Shown: positions 29,909 through 40,294 of the stretch, one piece after another
Layout of the letters: every line of letters begins with the position of its first letter
Numbering within the stretch: position 1 is the first letter of the stretch
DNA from: an uncultured bacterium
GTDB lineage: Bacteria > JAJVIF01 > JAPKYR01
Length of the DNA stretch: 64,000 nucleotides
Assembly (NCBI GenBank): GCA_965369865.1
Contig: CBDURU010000002.1
Location: 1 to 64,000, forward strand
Direction of reading: 5' to 3'
Translations under genes and position numbers: made by a program
Notes under the pieces: model-generated
Told to the model about the DNA's origin: nothing
Seen by the model: only the letters and a program-made list of their open reading frames with translations
Databases searched by the model: none

Positions 29909-31351
29909 TTACCATTCTCTACGGATCGTGTATTCAAGGACAGTTTCGCCGTCGGATGCGACAGGAATGATAAACTCAACCGTGCTGGCGTCTTTCTGTT
30001 CATATTCATGCGTGCTTCGACGTACTTCCCAGTCGCCCCAGACATAGTCCCAGTACACGATTTCAACTCTTTCCTCTTTATGGTTCCTGATAGTCACTTC
30101 GACATCGTACTCCCAGGTGTCGTATCGGATTTCGCGCCGGTCCATAACTACCCGTTCGCCGACAATGTCGAATGCTTCACCTAACAGAATTTCGATTTCC
30201 TCGTCCTTGGGAGTGTGGTCGATTGCGTCTTCACCGATGAATTGCAGCGAACCGGATGAATCTTCCTTGTAAACCCGCATTAATCCCTTTGGTAAAGGAA
30301 TTCCAAGTCCGTTTGCTTCCGAATTCATGAATTGCAGCCTGACTTCGATATCAGCCTCCGCAGTGTCGCCGCGACCGTAATATGAGTAGCCCGGATCGAA
30401 AACGAAAATCTTATCGACAGTTATTCCTTCGCCTTCCAGGAGGCTGATCTGTTTCTGCTGGTTATTAAGGACTGTCGCGGGTCGCTGGAGGGTGTAAAGG
30501 TGATATTCGAAAAATGATTCTTCTTCAAATCCTCCCCCTGCACCGAGAGCAGCGTAACCATTCATGGCCATGGGTGCTGCCATTCTGGCGTATTCTGGCT
30601 GAACCCTGTTCACTTCACCCGCGACGAGTTTCAAAGTCGCATCGTTGTAAGCCGTACCGGAATTGTTGTTGATCGTTACCCAGCCAGTGAGATCGAGACG
30701 GTCATCGTTCTGATTAACAATCACCACATAATTCGCGCGCCAGCTAATCCCCGATGTCAGGTAGCTCATCTCGCATTCATGCGTACCCGAAGCGCCGTTT
30801 ATAAGCGACCATTTCAATGTCGGACGGGTGATCAGGCCTTCGGGAAGCTCCTCGAACTGGATCTCGACCGGATTATTCACGATCACGATCCCATCGCGGG
30901 TTTGGATGACAAGGCTGCCGCCGGAGGATAGCAAAATCCCGCTGACAGAGCGTCCATCCTCGGTCCGAATCTCGATTTCCTTGTCGATGTAACGCCTGAA
31001 CAGGGCTTCGGTCGATACGAGATCGTATTCATAATTTTGTTCAAGGATCGTGATGGCGTCGGGATTTGTGTTCGACACGAAATGGACGCTGGTCGGGTCC
31101 ATCGACGACGCGACATCCATGAAGACCAGGTTAATCTCGCCTTCAGGCAGGTTCAGATTTCTCGTGTCTTTCACAAGGCCTGTACCGTCGTTATAGATCG
31201 TGATAGCCATGTCCGACTGGTCATCGGATGTTGTCTCGACGATCGAGCCATCTGCAACCGCATGCGGAATAAATGTCACTAATGCAAGAATAAGCATCAG
31301 TGCTGGTATAGCGACTGTAAGTCGTGGGGTATTCATGAGGGGGTATTTCAT
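29909..31351 (-). CDS. Secreted DUF4139 domain protein (tandem paralogue)
   Basis: Same motifs as 28242-29678 with long identical blocks; ATG 31351 downstream of GGAGG. Confidence 0.85.
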   Translation of the reverse strand: MKYPLMNTPRLTVAIPALMLILALVTFIPHAVADGSIVETTSDDQSDMAITIYNDGTGLVKDTRNLNLPEGEINLVFMDVASSMDPTSVHFVSNTNPDAITILEQNYEYDLVSTEALFRRYIDKEIEIRTEDGRSVSGILLSSGGSLVIQTRDGIVIVNNPVEIQFEELPEGLITRPTLKWSLINGASGTHECEMSYLTSGISWRANYVVIVNQNDDRLDLTGWVTINNNSGTAYNDATLKLVAGEVNRVQPEYARMAAPMAMNGYAALGAGGGFEEESFFEYHLYTLQRPATVLNNQQKQISLLEGEGITVDKIFVFDPGYSYYGRGDTAEADIEVRLQFMNSEANGLGIPLPKGLMRVYKEDSSGSLQFIGEDAIDHTPKDEEIEILLGEAFDIVGERVVMDRREIRYDTWEYDVEVTIRNHKEERVEIVYWDYVWGDWEVRRSTHEYEQKDASTVEFIIPVASDGETVLEYTIRREW

Positions 31352-31486
31352 GAGGGGGTATCCTCCATTTTTATTTCGAAATAAGAACGCAGACTGCACA
31401 ACGTGAAATAGGACACGTGAATTGTAACCGAGGGTTCAGAAATTTACTAACCGGAGAAGAAGATATCCGCAATAATTAACAACATA

Positions 31487-31553
31487 CCGTAGAACCGCAT
31501 GGCAATGCGTCGATTGTTTATTACCGAGGACGCACTGCCGTGCAGTTCTACGG
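31487..31553. repeat. Inverted pair of CCGTAGAAC-type REP
   Basis: ccgtagaaccgcatggcaatgcgtc ... gacgcactgccgtgcagttctacgg; related pair at 45521-45608. Confidence 0.85.
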
Positions 31554-32462
31554 GATGTCCATCGAATTTATCTGCTTAAATCTCCACCTGAGGTAGAAGA
31601 TGTAGGCGATAATCCAGATAGCGATGACGGTGTAGGAGATGTTGATCATTAATAGGTTGAGTCGGACTTCTCTTTCATAACCTTTAACATCGAATCCTGT
31701 TATGGAATAACTCTGTAAGGTTAGTCGAGTATCATTCTCACCGATCTGTGAATTATACTCATCCTCAAATTCCTGTAATAAATGATCATTCTCTGGATCA
31801 CCAAGAAAACGGACTGCCATACCCGAGAAGAGAACAGTATCAACATAATCTAAAGTTAAATATTCCAGTATCAGTGGGAGGTATTCCTTATCGTCAACAG
31901 GATCAATAAAATTAACGATTGTACTGAGCGCGCAGATTGACAACGAATCAGCAAGGTCAACCTCGTCTCTTATCTTATTCGGGGGTTCATCAAATGGAGT
32001 CAATAAATACCTGACATTATTAAGCTCAAGTCCACCACTCACCGCTGTGTTAAGTACAATACGCAACCTTTCTTCAGGATTATCCCTAAGTTTAAAGAGA
32101 ACAAACTGACTTACTGTAGCAATTTTCGGATATGTTGAATTAGTAGCATTTAAAAGCACATCTCTAACTATCGGCTCATCTGCATGATGCAGTAATAGAG
32201 TGAATTTAGTATTATTGTAAGAATTTGATGAAGCCCCAATTATCAAGGATTCAGCTTCCGTTTTGGTTAGCAGTCTATCCCAGGCAATCATGTATTCAAT
32301 CTCATCCCACCAGATTTCGGTTTTTATAGACATTGATGTAATAGTATTCTCTAAAGTTAGCGGGACAAGCAAAATAGGAGCTATTACGCTGAATAGGTAT
32401 GTCAGAACAATAGCCCAGAATAGCAATTTCAGCTTGGATATGATCTTTGACAACTTTCCCAT
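31548..32462 (-). CDS. Hypothetical AT-rich membrane protein (N- and C-terminal TM helices)
   Basis: 304-aa ORF, AGAGGA RBS, lower GC than neighbouring genes. Confidence 0.65.
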   Translation of the reverse strand: MGKLSKIISKLKLLFWAIVLTYLFSVIAPILLVPLTLENTITSMSIKTEIWWDEIEYMIAWDRLLTKTEAESLIIGASSNSYNNTKFTLLLHHADEPIVRDVLLNATNSTYPKIATVSQFVLFKLRDNPEERLRIVLNTAVSGGLELNNVRYLLTPFDEPPNKIRDEVDLADSLSICALSTIVNFIDPVDDKEYLPLILEYLTLDYVDTVLFSGMAVRFLGDPENDHLLQEFEDEYNSQIGENDTRLTLQSYSITGFDVKGYEREVRLNLLMINISYTVIAIWIIAYIFYLRWRFKQINSMDIP

Positions 32463-32558
32463 GATGGTCCTCTGCTACATTCTGCATTAAATCTCCGTAT
32501 ATTTAAAGACCACAGAGATTATCGGAAAGCTCAATAATCTTGGAATCATTCGAACACC

Positions 32559-32640
32559 GGGGACAGGCACCCAGATTTGCCGGGTAGTTTGGAGTGGGAG
32601 TGGACGTATGTATTAGCGGCAAATCTGTGAGCCAGTCCCC
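32559..32640. repeat. Inverted GGGGAC-family pair
   Basis: ggggacaggcacccagatttgccg and cggcaaatctgtgagccagtcccc. Confidence 0.75.
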
Positions 32641-32680
32641 TGAACGGAAATTAGATTCAAGGGGATTAGTGGACATGGTA

Positions 32681-32807
32681 GACCGCTCACTGGCGTTCGC
32701 GACTCTGATATACGGTTCTGATATACGGTTCTGATATACAGTTCTGATATACGGTTCTGATATACGGTTCTGATATACGGTTCTGATATACGGTTCTGAT
32801 ATGTGGT
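32681..32807. repeat. REP-like unit followed by a 13-bp minisatellite (TCTGATATACGGT x7 plus one degenerate unit)
   Basis: gaccgctcactggcgttcgcgac, then units at 32704, 32717 ... 32795. Confidence 0.92.
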
Positions 32808-32887
32808 ACTGGTATAAGACTGGTGGCCCCTCATAACCAGCCCCGTGCTGGTTAGGAGGGTCCTGCAATCCATCTACATGCTCCAAA

Positions 32888-32967
32888 CAGTACCGCGAAC
32901 GTTAGTGAGTGGTCTGCCAAATCCACTTATCTACCATCCAGACCACTCACTAACGTTCGCGGTACTG
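32888..32967. repeat. Perfect 29-bp inverted pair of the CCACTCACTAACGTTCGCGG family
   Basis: 32888-32916 is the exact reverse complement of 32939-32967. Confidence 0.9.
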
Positions 32968-32998
32968 ATACAGACACGCACTCACATCGGGACTTCAC

Positions 32999-34234
32999 TC
33001 ACATCGGGTCTTCGGGTAAAACCATATCGACCGGAATAATAATAAGCTCCTCCGGTTCGCCCTGCAAAGCATAGATATTTACCCCGTCCAGCGAAATCGC
33101 GACGTCCCTGAAATATGAATCCGTGAGGTTTTCAATTCTCGATGTAAAAACCGCCCCGTCACCGGCCAGATCGATAATGGCAAGGTCGGATGTGAAAACC
33201 CAGCGCATCGATTCCGGGAAATTTCCTCGGATCATATTCCGGTATGTATTCACAAACGACCATGTCGCGGGCGGTCCCCAGTCGGAAAGAATCGCGAATG
33301 CAAACGATCCTGTGGGCGATGTTGCGAAGTCACCCACGCCGGCGGTTCCTATAAAAATCGGTTCGCTCTCTCCCGGACCGGTGATAAATGAAAACGCAGG
33401 CTCCATGAGATTTCCTTCGCCCTGCTTACTGCCGGAGCACGCCACCAGGATTCCCGCCTCGGATTCCGCGAGCCTGCTCGGGTTAATTCCCACCCAGGAT
33501 TTATCGAGTAAATCGAGAGTATCGGCATCGTATGCCCAGACCCACGCACCGTACGGCGGTCCCATAGTGCCGTCCGCCTGTTCACTCCACTGAAGCTCAA
33601 GGTCGGTTACATAAAGAGTGCCATCTCTTTCAGCGATCGCCCACGGGATTTTTCCGCACGATGCCTGAGATTCGATTTCAAGAATTATTTCACCCGTCTC
33701 GTCGAAATTCATACTGAGCTTATAAATTATGCCCTCGTATGCGTACTGCATCCCGCTGGCGATATAGATAGTCCCGGAATATTTCGAATAAACCGCGTTG
33801 CACGAACCATCGAGTTCGAATTCATTTAACACCTGGCCATTCGATTGATCGATGACTAGTAAAACGCCCCGATCGATTATTTGATCGTCCAACGGTTCGC
33901 CGACCAGGTACAGCCCGGTTCCGAACTGGCAGAAGGCAAGGGCTGTCGGACGGATCGTGAGGGGAACATCGATAAGCACGGTTCCGTCTTCAGGATCGAG
34001 CGCCACAAGGTTCCCGGACTGGTGGAAGAAAGTCCAGATATTGCCATTGAGAGGTTCAATGACTAGGGGTCCCGCGCCTGTACCTGGAAGTTCCCAGGAT
34101 ATAATATCCCCAGCGCTGGATTCTTCCCCAGGCACATCGGCATCCTGGGCTGCCGCATAACCGGAATTAACACTTAGAACCAGGAATATGACAGCGGTAA
34201 TGAATAGCCCCTGAATAGATCTCATGACAGACAC
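32999..34234 (-). CDS. Secreted YncE/YVTN-like beta-propeller protein
   Basis: Signal peptide (AAA-Q); repeated G..P..LA blades (GKIPWAIA, GINPSRLA, RPTALAF). Confidence 0.65.
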   Translation of the reverse strand: MSVMRSIQGLFITAVIFLVLSVNSGYAAAQDADVPGEESSAGDIISWELPGTGAGPLVIEPLNGNIWTFFHQSGNLVALDPEDGTVLIDVPLTIRPTALAFCQFGTGLYLVGEPLDDQIIDRGVLLVIDQSNGQVLNEFELDGSCNAVYSKYSGTIYIASGMQYAYEGIIYKLSMNFDETGEIILEIESQASCGKIPWAIAERDGTLYVTDLELQWSEQADGTMGPPYGAWVWAYDADTLDLLDKSWVGINPSRLAESEAGILVACSGSKQGEGNLMEPAFSFITGPGESEPIFIGTAGVGDFATSPTGSFAFAILSDWGPPATWSFVNTYRNMIRGNFPESMRWVFTSDLAIIDLAGDGAVFTSRIENLTDSYFRDVAISLDGVNIYALQGEPEELIIIPVDMVLPEDPM

Positions 34235-34437
34235 CTCAATTCATCGGTCAATTTAAAATGATAATACTACCGTAACGAATCCGGCGCAACAGGAATTGCC
34301 ACTGGCAAGGGTTAACAATTGGGTTCCCTACCGGTTTTTTTATCCAATCAGTCCTGAACCGGAGTTACTTATCAGACCTCGTATCATGTACAATATGTTC
34401 AATAAATCATCCATCAATTAAATAAGAGTTTATTACA

Positions 34438-35517
34438 ATGAAAAATTTCTGTGATTTCTCACCCGCCCCACCCACCCCACCCGTCCCACCTCCTGCAATG
34501 CCGCCGATCAGTAAGACCGATGATTTACACATACAGGACGAAGTCGGACTTGCTGGGGTTGAGCCTCTCTCAATTGATGATGCGTTAAAAAAGGTCGGCC
34601 TTCTCAAGGAGAACATGGAGAAGGTTATTATCGGGAAACCGTTGCAGGTCGATATGACAATAGCCTGCATGCTGGCGCGTGGACACCTTCTTCTGGAGGA
34701 TGTCCCGGGCACAGGAAAAACAACGCTCGCGAAAGCGCTTGCGAGAAGTATTGAGGGTTCATTCCAGCGGATACAATCGACGCCCGACCTTCTTCCGGCG
34801 GATATAACTGGAACATTTGTATATAACCAGAAAACCGGGGAGTTCCAGTTTCGTCCCGGACCGGTATTCGCCGATGTAGTGCTAGCGGATGAAATCAACC
34901 GCGCGACCCCCCGGACCCAGTCGGCACTTTTAGAATGCATGGAGGAATACCAGGTCACTCTTGAACGGACAACTTTCAAACTTCCCCCGTCATTCATGGT
35001 GATCGCCACGCAGAATCCAATCGAGTTCCAGGGCACATATCCCCTCCCTGAAGCGCAGAAAGACCGTTTCATGATGCGGTTGAAACTCGGATATCTTGAG
35101 GGTGACGAGGAGAAGAGAATGCTCCTTGACCAGACACAGGTGCATCCGCTGGAGACCGTCAGGTCGGTAATAACCACCGAGGATGTACTGCGGCTGCAGA
35201 AAACCGTTCGGGGCATTCATATCGAAGACGATCTCCTGGATTACATCGTGCGGATCGTGGGCAGCACCCGCACCGATTCAAATATCCATGTCGGGGCCAG
35301 TCCGCGTGGAAGTCTCGGGCTTTACCGTGCCGGACAGGCTATTGCTCTCGTACGTGCAAGGGATTACGTCATACCGCACGATATCAAGGAAATCGCGGAG
35401 TCGGTTCTCGCTCACCGTATGATTTTAAAACCGCAGGCTGGATATTCCGATGACGCGATCGGTGATCTGATAAATACCCTTCTCGCGAAAGTCGGCCCCA
35501 TGGTGGACAAGCGATGA
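34438..35517 (+). CDS. MoxR-family AAA+ ATPase
   Basis: HLLLEDVPGTGKT, RIQSTPDLLPADITG, LADEINRATPRTQSALLE, ATQNPIE, GASPRG; start uncertain (Pro-rich N-terminus). Confidence 0.95.
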   Translation: MKNFCDFSPAPPTPPVPPPAMPPISKTDDLHIQDEVGLAGVEPLSIDDALKKVGLLKENMEKVIIGKPLQVDMTIACMLARGHLLLEDVPGTGKTTLAKALARSIEGSFQRIQSTPDLLPADITGTFVYNQKTGEFQFRPGPVFADVVLADEINRATPRTQSALLECMEEYQVTLERTTFKLPPSFMVIATQNPIEFQGTYPLPEAQKDRFMMRLKLGYLEGDEEKRMLLDQTQVHPLETVRSVITTEDVLRLQKTVRGIHIEDDLLDYIVRIVGSTRTDSNIHVGASPRGSLGLYRAGQAIALVRARDYVIPHDIKEIAESVLAHRMILKPQAGYSDDAIGDLINTLLAKVGPMVDKR

Positions 35518-36866
35518 CCTTCCGGCCGCTGATATTCCTGGGGAGCCTGATTCTCCTTTCGATTCTGATTATCCTGTTCCGCAGGGCGAGTATCGAGGGG
35601 AAATTTCTGTTGATTACCGCGGTCGGATCGATGGCGGCATACTTGCACATACATTTCTACCTCCTCTTGCTCACTTCATTGTCGCTGTTTACATTTCTTG
35701 CGTTAGCACTGGTCTGGACCTGGATCGCGACATCACGTCTCAATTTTAAGCGTGAGATTAAGGCCGAGGTAATGGTCGGGGAAAATGTTCAGGTTAAATA
35801 TTTAATAAAAACCGGAGCGTTTCTACCGCTTTATCACACGAGGGTCTGGGACCGGGCATGGCGTACACGCTCCGATAATACCGAAGATGAAATCCAGTTT
35901 GAGGACCCTGGTTATATCGGGTTCCTAAGGATTCATCCGAGAGATAAATCGGAAGGAATTCAGCATATCGTTCCGCCGGTACGCGGACGTCTGAACTTTG
36001 GCCCGGTGGGGATCGAAGGCGGCGATCCGTTCGGGCTGTTTACTGCGATTAAATGGCTTCCGATCGGCGATGAATGCCTGGTTCTCCCGACATGGGTCCT
36101 TTTACATACCTTACCATCAATTCCCGCACGGCTTGGATCGCGGGAACAGGAACACCTGGTCAGTAAGGAAGGATTCAGCCATGAATTTCTCGGCATCCGC
36201 CCCTGGGCCGATGGCGACAGCCTCAGGGGTGTACACTGGGTACTTACTGCGAAACATAACGCGTTGATAGTCAGGCAGTTCGAGAAAGAGGTTGAGGAGG
36301 AATTGCTGATCATTCTCGACGCGGACAGAGCGGGCGATGTCGGTGAAGGGGCTGAAAATGCTCTTGAATACCTGATAACCCTGACGCTGAGCATGATTAA
36401 CGCCGCTATCGAGGTCTCAAGGCCCTGGAACCTTGTAATTGTCGATGAGAATCAAAATCTGATCACCTATAAAATGAAAGACCCTTTGCGCCAGGTCCAG
36501 TACGCTCTCGCGGAACTCCCGGCTAAACGCATTGTACCGATCGAGAGCCTGCTCGATGGAATCCGCAGGCAGTATCCAGGGTCGGCATGCGTTCTTCTGA
36601 CCCCAAGAATCGACCAGGCTGTCTCAGTGGCGCTCGCACAAAGCGATCAATCGATTGGTGACAACCTGCCGTCGATTTTAGTCCGCGTGGATCCGGACAG
36701 TTTTATAACATCGGTCAGTTCCGGACTTAAAACGCTGAGATACCGGAAGGGACGGGATGAGCGTCCTTCCGCTTTCCACTCGGACCGGCTATCGAGAATT
36801 TCTGAGATAACAATTAACCGGGGCGACAACCTTGGAGATTTATTCAACGGGGTCGTACCGACATGA
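35514..36866 (+). CDS. DUF58 domain membrane protein
   Basis: RG...GP..IEGGDPFGLF, EFLGIRPWADGDSLRGVHW, IVRQFE; ATGA overlap with MoxR. Confidence 0.9.
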   Translation: MTFRPLIFLGSLILLSILIILFRRASIEGKFLLITAVGSMAAYLHIHFYLLLLTSLSLFTFLALALVWTWIATSRLNFKREIKAEVMVGENVQVKYLIKTGAFLPLYHTRVWDRAWRTRSDNTEDEIQFEDPGYIGFLRIHPRDKSEGIQHIVPPVRGRLNFGPVGIEGGDPFGLFTAIKWLPIGDECLVLPTWVLLHTLPSIPARLGSREQEHLVSKEGFSHEFLGIRPWADGDSLRGVHWVLTAKHNALIVRQFEKEVEEELLIILDADRAGDVGEGAENALEYLITLTLSMINAAIEVSRPWNLVIVDENQNLITYKMKDPLRQVQYALAELPAKRIVPIESLLDGIRRQYPGSACVLLTPRIDQAVSVALAQSDQSIGDNLPSILVRVDPDSFITSVSSGLKTLRYRKGRDERPSAFHSDRLSRISEITINRGDNLGDLFNGVVPT

Positions 36867-36952
36867 ATTCCTGAGTACACTTAATTTTAACCGACGGGGA
36901 ATGGAGCTTTTATACCTTGCCAGCAATCATAAAAAAAACTTACAATACCGGC

Positions 36953-38053
36953 ATGATTCAGATCAAAATCCGGCAGAATGCAGTCTATTGCTTAATCGCC
37001 ATCCTAATTTATTTTTTATTAATCCCGTATCCGACCAGGGCGACAACTCTCTCCGAAGTTCTTGTGGGGATCTACAACGCCCGAAATCCAGCGAGCCTAT
37101 CTTCGCTTTCGTTTCTTGGCGACATGCGTCTCGATCTTGACGATGAACAGGGCGCGATGCTTCCGGCCCAGATCAGCCTGCTTGCCGCGTGGCGAAGCCC
37201 CGATGAATGGTACAGCACTTACGAAATTTCAGGTGAGATCGCTACCGGGATGAGGGGAATCGGTTACTCGCATCCGGCTGTTGACCAGATGATTCTAAGC
37301 CGTCCGGACTTTCTCGATGTCCTTGATATAGTCTGGACAGTGCAGTACCAGGGTACAGCGATGTGGGACGGGGAACCCGCCTGGAAAATTCTTTTTAACA
37401 CGCGTGACATAACGCTCGATACACCGCCGTTTACGCTTTATGTCCGGAAGGATGATTTTGTCCCCCTGAGGACACAAGTAGAATTTTCAGACGGCACCAC
37501 CGCGATCACCGACCTGAACTGGATCGTGACCGACGATGTTTTGCTGCCCTCGAAATTTACGACAACTTTTAACCCGCCGATCGGCCCTTTAGCGGGATAT
37601 GAAACAACCTGGTTCAATCATGAGATCAATCCTGATTTATCGGACATTGATTTTCCGCGCGAGGAAGGGTCTTTACTAAGCGGCAACGATCCCGATCTGG
37701 ACGATGGCCCGGCGGTTTTCGAGGAGCTTTACCACGGCTTCGCGGATGATCCGATTATCGCGCCGATCAACGATTCGTCCGGAACATATGACCGGTTAAG
37801 TTTTACATTCAGCCTGTATGTCGAGGACGATTCAATTCCCGGCCAGTTGGATTCAAGGCAGATAGCTATCCGGAATCTCGCGATCGATATAATTTCTGAC
37901 TGGGATTGGTCGGGTGATAACGGATTGAGCATGCCCGGCGGGAAATACGAGTGCGGAAAGGAAATAGTCGGTGCGATCGGAGAACTCCTCGGAACCGACT
38001 CGATAACGGATTTTTATTTCCTCGACTGGGAACCTATTGAATCGGGGGAGTGA
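36953..38053 (+). CDS. Secreted protein: LolA-like N-terminal part fused to a FliL-like C-terminal domain
   Basis: TLYVRKDDFVPLRTQV and NHEINPDLSDIDF (LolA-like); IRNLAIDII...LSMPGGK..CGKEI...I.ELLG...ITDFYFLDW (FliL-like); start uncertain. Confidence 0.55.
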   Translation: MIQIKIRQNAVYCLIAILIYFLLIPYPTRATTLSEVLVGIYNARNPASLSSLSFLGDMRLDLDDEQGAMLPAQISLLAAWRSPDEWYSTYEISGEIATGMRGIGYSHPAVDQMILSRPDFLDVLDIVWTVQYQGTAMWDGEPAWKILFNTRDITLDTPPFTLYVRKDDFVPLRTQVEFSDGTTAITDLNWIVTDDVLLPSKFTTTFNPPIGPLAGYETTWFNHEINPDLSDIDFPREEGSLLSGNDPDLDDGPAVFEELYHGFADDPIIAPINDSSGTYDRLSFTFSLYVEDDSIPGQLDSRQIAIRNLAIDIISDWDWSGDNGLSMPGGKYECGKEIVGAIGELLGTDSITDFYFLDWEPIESGE

Positions 38054-38260
38054 CTCCAATAATTCAAAAATTATTAATCCGTGTGGCCGGATTTTTCATT
38101 TCAGCAACCCATTTCGATGGCAAGGATCTGGTAAAGACCGCGGGATGTCGAATCGTCGGGTGGCATGATCTAGATTTGCGGATTGGGGATATGGTAGCAG
38201 ATTATTGAATAAGAGATAATATTTTTTATCGATGCTCTTTAAGCCTAAGTCACCTTGTTT

Positions 38261-40294
38261 TTACAACCTTTTATTAATTTCATCAATTAAGCTTTTTGCA
38301 TTGTGCTCACTAACTCCATTGTATTCTGAGATATCAGTTTGGGAATCAATATCTACTGTTATTTGTTTAATAATTTCTTTTTTATTCAGTTCCTTACCAA
38401 GCATCGCAAAGAACCGTTTATTTTTTGCAACTATACTATCATCTCCCTTAAGTTCAGCTTCATATTGCTCGAATTCATAACCAGCGACCTTCATCTCCTG
38501 TTCATGAACCTTGTACACATACTTATTATAATATCCTTCTTGAAATATACTTTCTAGTTCTGGCTTATCATCATCAGTTTCAATGATTGACTCTATGCTA
38601 ATAACTGATAACAGTTGCGAATTAATTTTTTCTTCTAGCTCATTATTTAATTTTTCTTTCGCTTCAATTCCCGCATTATCTGAATCAATCAAGACAACTA
38701 CATTTAATTTTTGACCCAGCATGAATAAACACAATTTGAAAATATTACCAGTTCCACATGCGGGTGTGATAAATATATCACTAAGCAACCCAGGTTTTCC
38801 TGATTTTAATAATAGGTTTGACAAAGCATTTAGGATCCAGAAATCCTCTATACCTTCAACGATTAGGTTTTTCTGAGAAACAAGAAAGCTTTGACTTGCA
38901 TTCATACCCAACGCAGCCTGTAAAACAAAATTCCTATTGCTTTCCTCTGAAATTAGTTTATCTGTGGTTTTTGATCCTTCTTTAGTCATTTCAACGACTT
39001 TAATGTTTAGTGGATCCTTTAAATCCACCATAAATGGCGAGTGCGTTGAGATTATCATTTGGTTTTTCTCTGATTGCGTCTTTAAATATTCAAGTAAGTC
39101 CCCTTGCCAGTCTGGATGCAAATGCAAGCCTGGTTCATCGAGTAGCATGAAATAGTTGTTGCCTAAATATTTTTGCCCATGAATTAGCAAAAGAAATGAA
39201 ATTAAATTTTGTGTACCAAAGGACATTTCTGACAAATTTGTATTGGTTTCGTAAAAAGGAGAGTCCTTATTGACACTGGTTAAATCAAAATCTATATTAT
39301 CCCCATCAGCTATTAGATTCACATTATGCTGTATATCAAATCCACCGCGATCCATCAATGATTGTATGACTTTTGATATTTTTCCATACTCTAACCTTCT
39401 TCGGCGACGATGTTTAAATTTTATGATTTCTGATGGGTCCTTATTTGCAATACTCGCTATAGGTTGTAAAATTGGTTGCCTCTTTGATTTTATTTGAAAT
39501 CGTTCATCTGGATCCTGCTTTGTTTCATCACCATCCTTTGCCAAGTTCCCACTGCCTGCGTACAGAGGGATATCAACCATGTAAATAATTCTTGGCAATA
39601 AATCGTATATAAAATTATGAAATGGTTGAGGTAAGGATTTAATATCACCAATTTGTTTTGCATAGGCATTCATTGTAGTAATTATGCTTGTAAAGTACAT
39701 ATCCGCTTCCGCACTACCTTCATTCATCCTCAGGAATTGTGCCCGCTGTCCATTAAACTTACTAAGGGTAGTATTAAATAATTGTATTCTTATATCACAA
39801 CCAAGCCTAATCACTGTGTCTATAAGACCTATAGTTGAATCATCAAAATTAAAATCATTAAATCCTTTAGATAATGGTGTTTCTAGCGACAATGGCGTTA
39901 TATCTGGGGAGTTAATATCTATATCCTTATCAATATCGTCAGTTACTGCATGAATTGTTAAAAAACCATCATTATTACGAATCACCAAAACTTCATTCAA
40001 AGGATTAGAAATATTGCCTAATTTTATTACTTCTTCTAGCTCCTCATCACTCAATTTAAATATAGCAGAAACTTTAGGTTTTAGATCATCTTCGAGCCGG
40101 CTAGTCCTTGTATAAGAATGCTCTGGAAAATAGGTTGGGATTGTTAATGATGGGTTTAACATACATAATGCTTCAAGGTGGGCTGACTTCCCACTTTGAT
40201 TAGGACCAACGAAAACAGTGAAATTTCTGATATCAACCCATCCAGAATCTATTATACATTTGTAATTCTGAATTCTGAATTTCTTCAATTTCAT
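38261..40294 (-). CDS. OLD-family ATP-dependent nuclease (ABC ATPase + TOPRIM), AT-rich
   Basis: IQNYKCI, GPNQSGKS, signature MSFG, LLDEPGLHLHP, STHSPF, LIVEGIED, VLIDSDNAG. Confidence 0.88.
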   Translation of the reverse strand: MKLKKFRIQNYKCIIDSGWVDIRNFTVFVGPNQSGKSAHLEALCMLNPSLTIPTYFPEHSYTRTSRLEDDLKPKVSAIFKLSDEELEEVIKLGNISNPLNEVLVIRNNDGFLTIHAVTDDIDKDIDINSPDITPLSLETPLSKGFNDFNFDDSTIGLIDTVIRLGCDIRIQLFNTTLSKFNGQRAQFLRMNEGSAEADMYFTSIITTMNAYAKQIGDIKSLPQPFHNFIYDLLPRIIYMVDIPLYAGSGNLAKDGDETKQDPDERFQIKSKRQPILQPIASIANKDPSEIIKFKHRRRRRLEYGKISKVIQSLMDRGGFDIQHNVNLIADGDNIDFDLTSVNKDSPFYETNTNLSEMSFGTQNLISFLLLIHGQKYLGNNYFMLLDEPGLHLHPDWQGDLLEYLKTQSEKNQMIISTHSPFMVDLKDPLNIKVVEMTKEGSKTTDKLISEESNRNFVLQAALGMNASQSFLVSQKNLIVEGIEDFWILNALSNLLLKSGKPGLLSDIFITPACGTGNIFKLCLFMLGQKLNVVVLIDSDNAGIEAKEKLNNELEEKINSQLLSVISIESIIETDDDKPELESIFQEGYYNKYVYKVHEQEMKVAGYEFEQYEAELKGDDSIVAKNKRFFAMLGKELNKKEIIKQITVDIDSQTDISEYNGVSEHNAKSLIDEINKRL

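Noticed and set aside
28242..31351. Diversity-generating retroelement TR/VR pair
   Set aside because: Both copies are full-length genes, I saw no adenine-specific mismatch pattern, and there is no reverse transcriptase in the window.
34407..35216. Long antisense ORFs (also 26174-26992, 44730-45350 and others)
   Set aside because: They are shadow frames of well-supported genes on the opposite strand.
38261..40294. Gabija, retron or PARIS system
   Set aside because: No UvrD helicase, reverse transcriptase or separate partner gene is adjacent.
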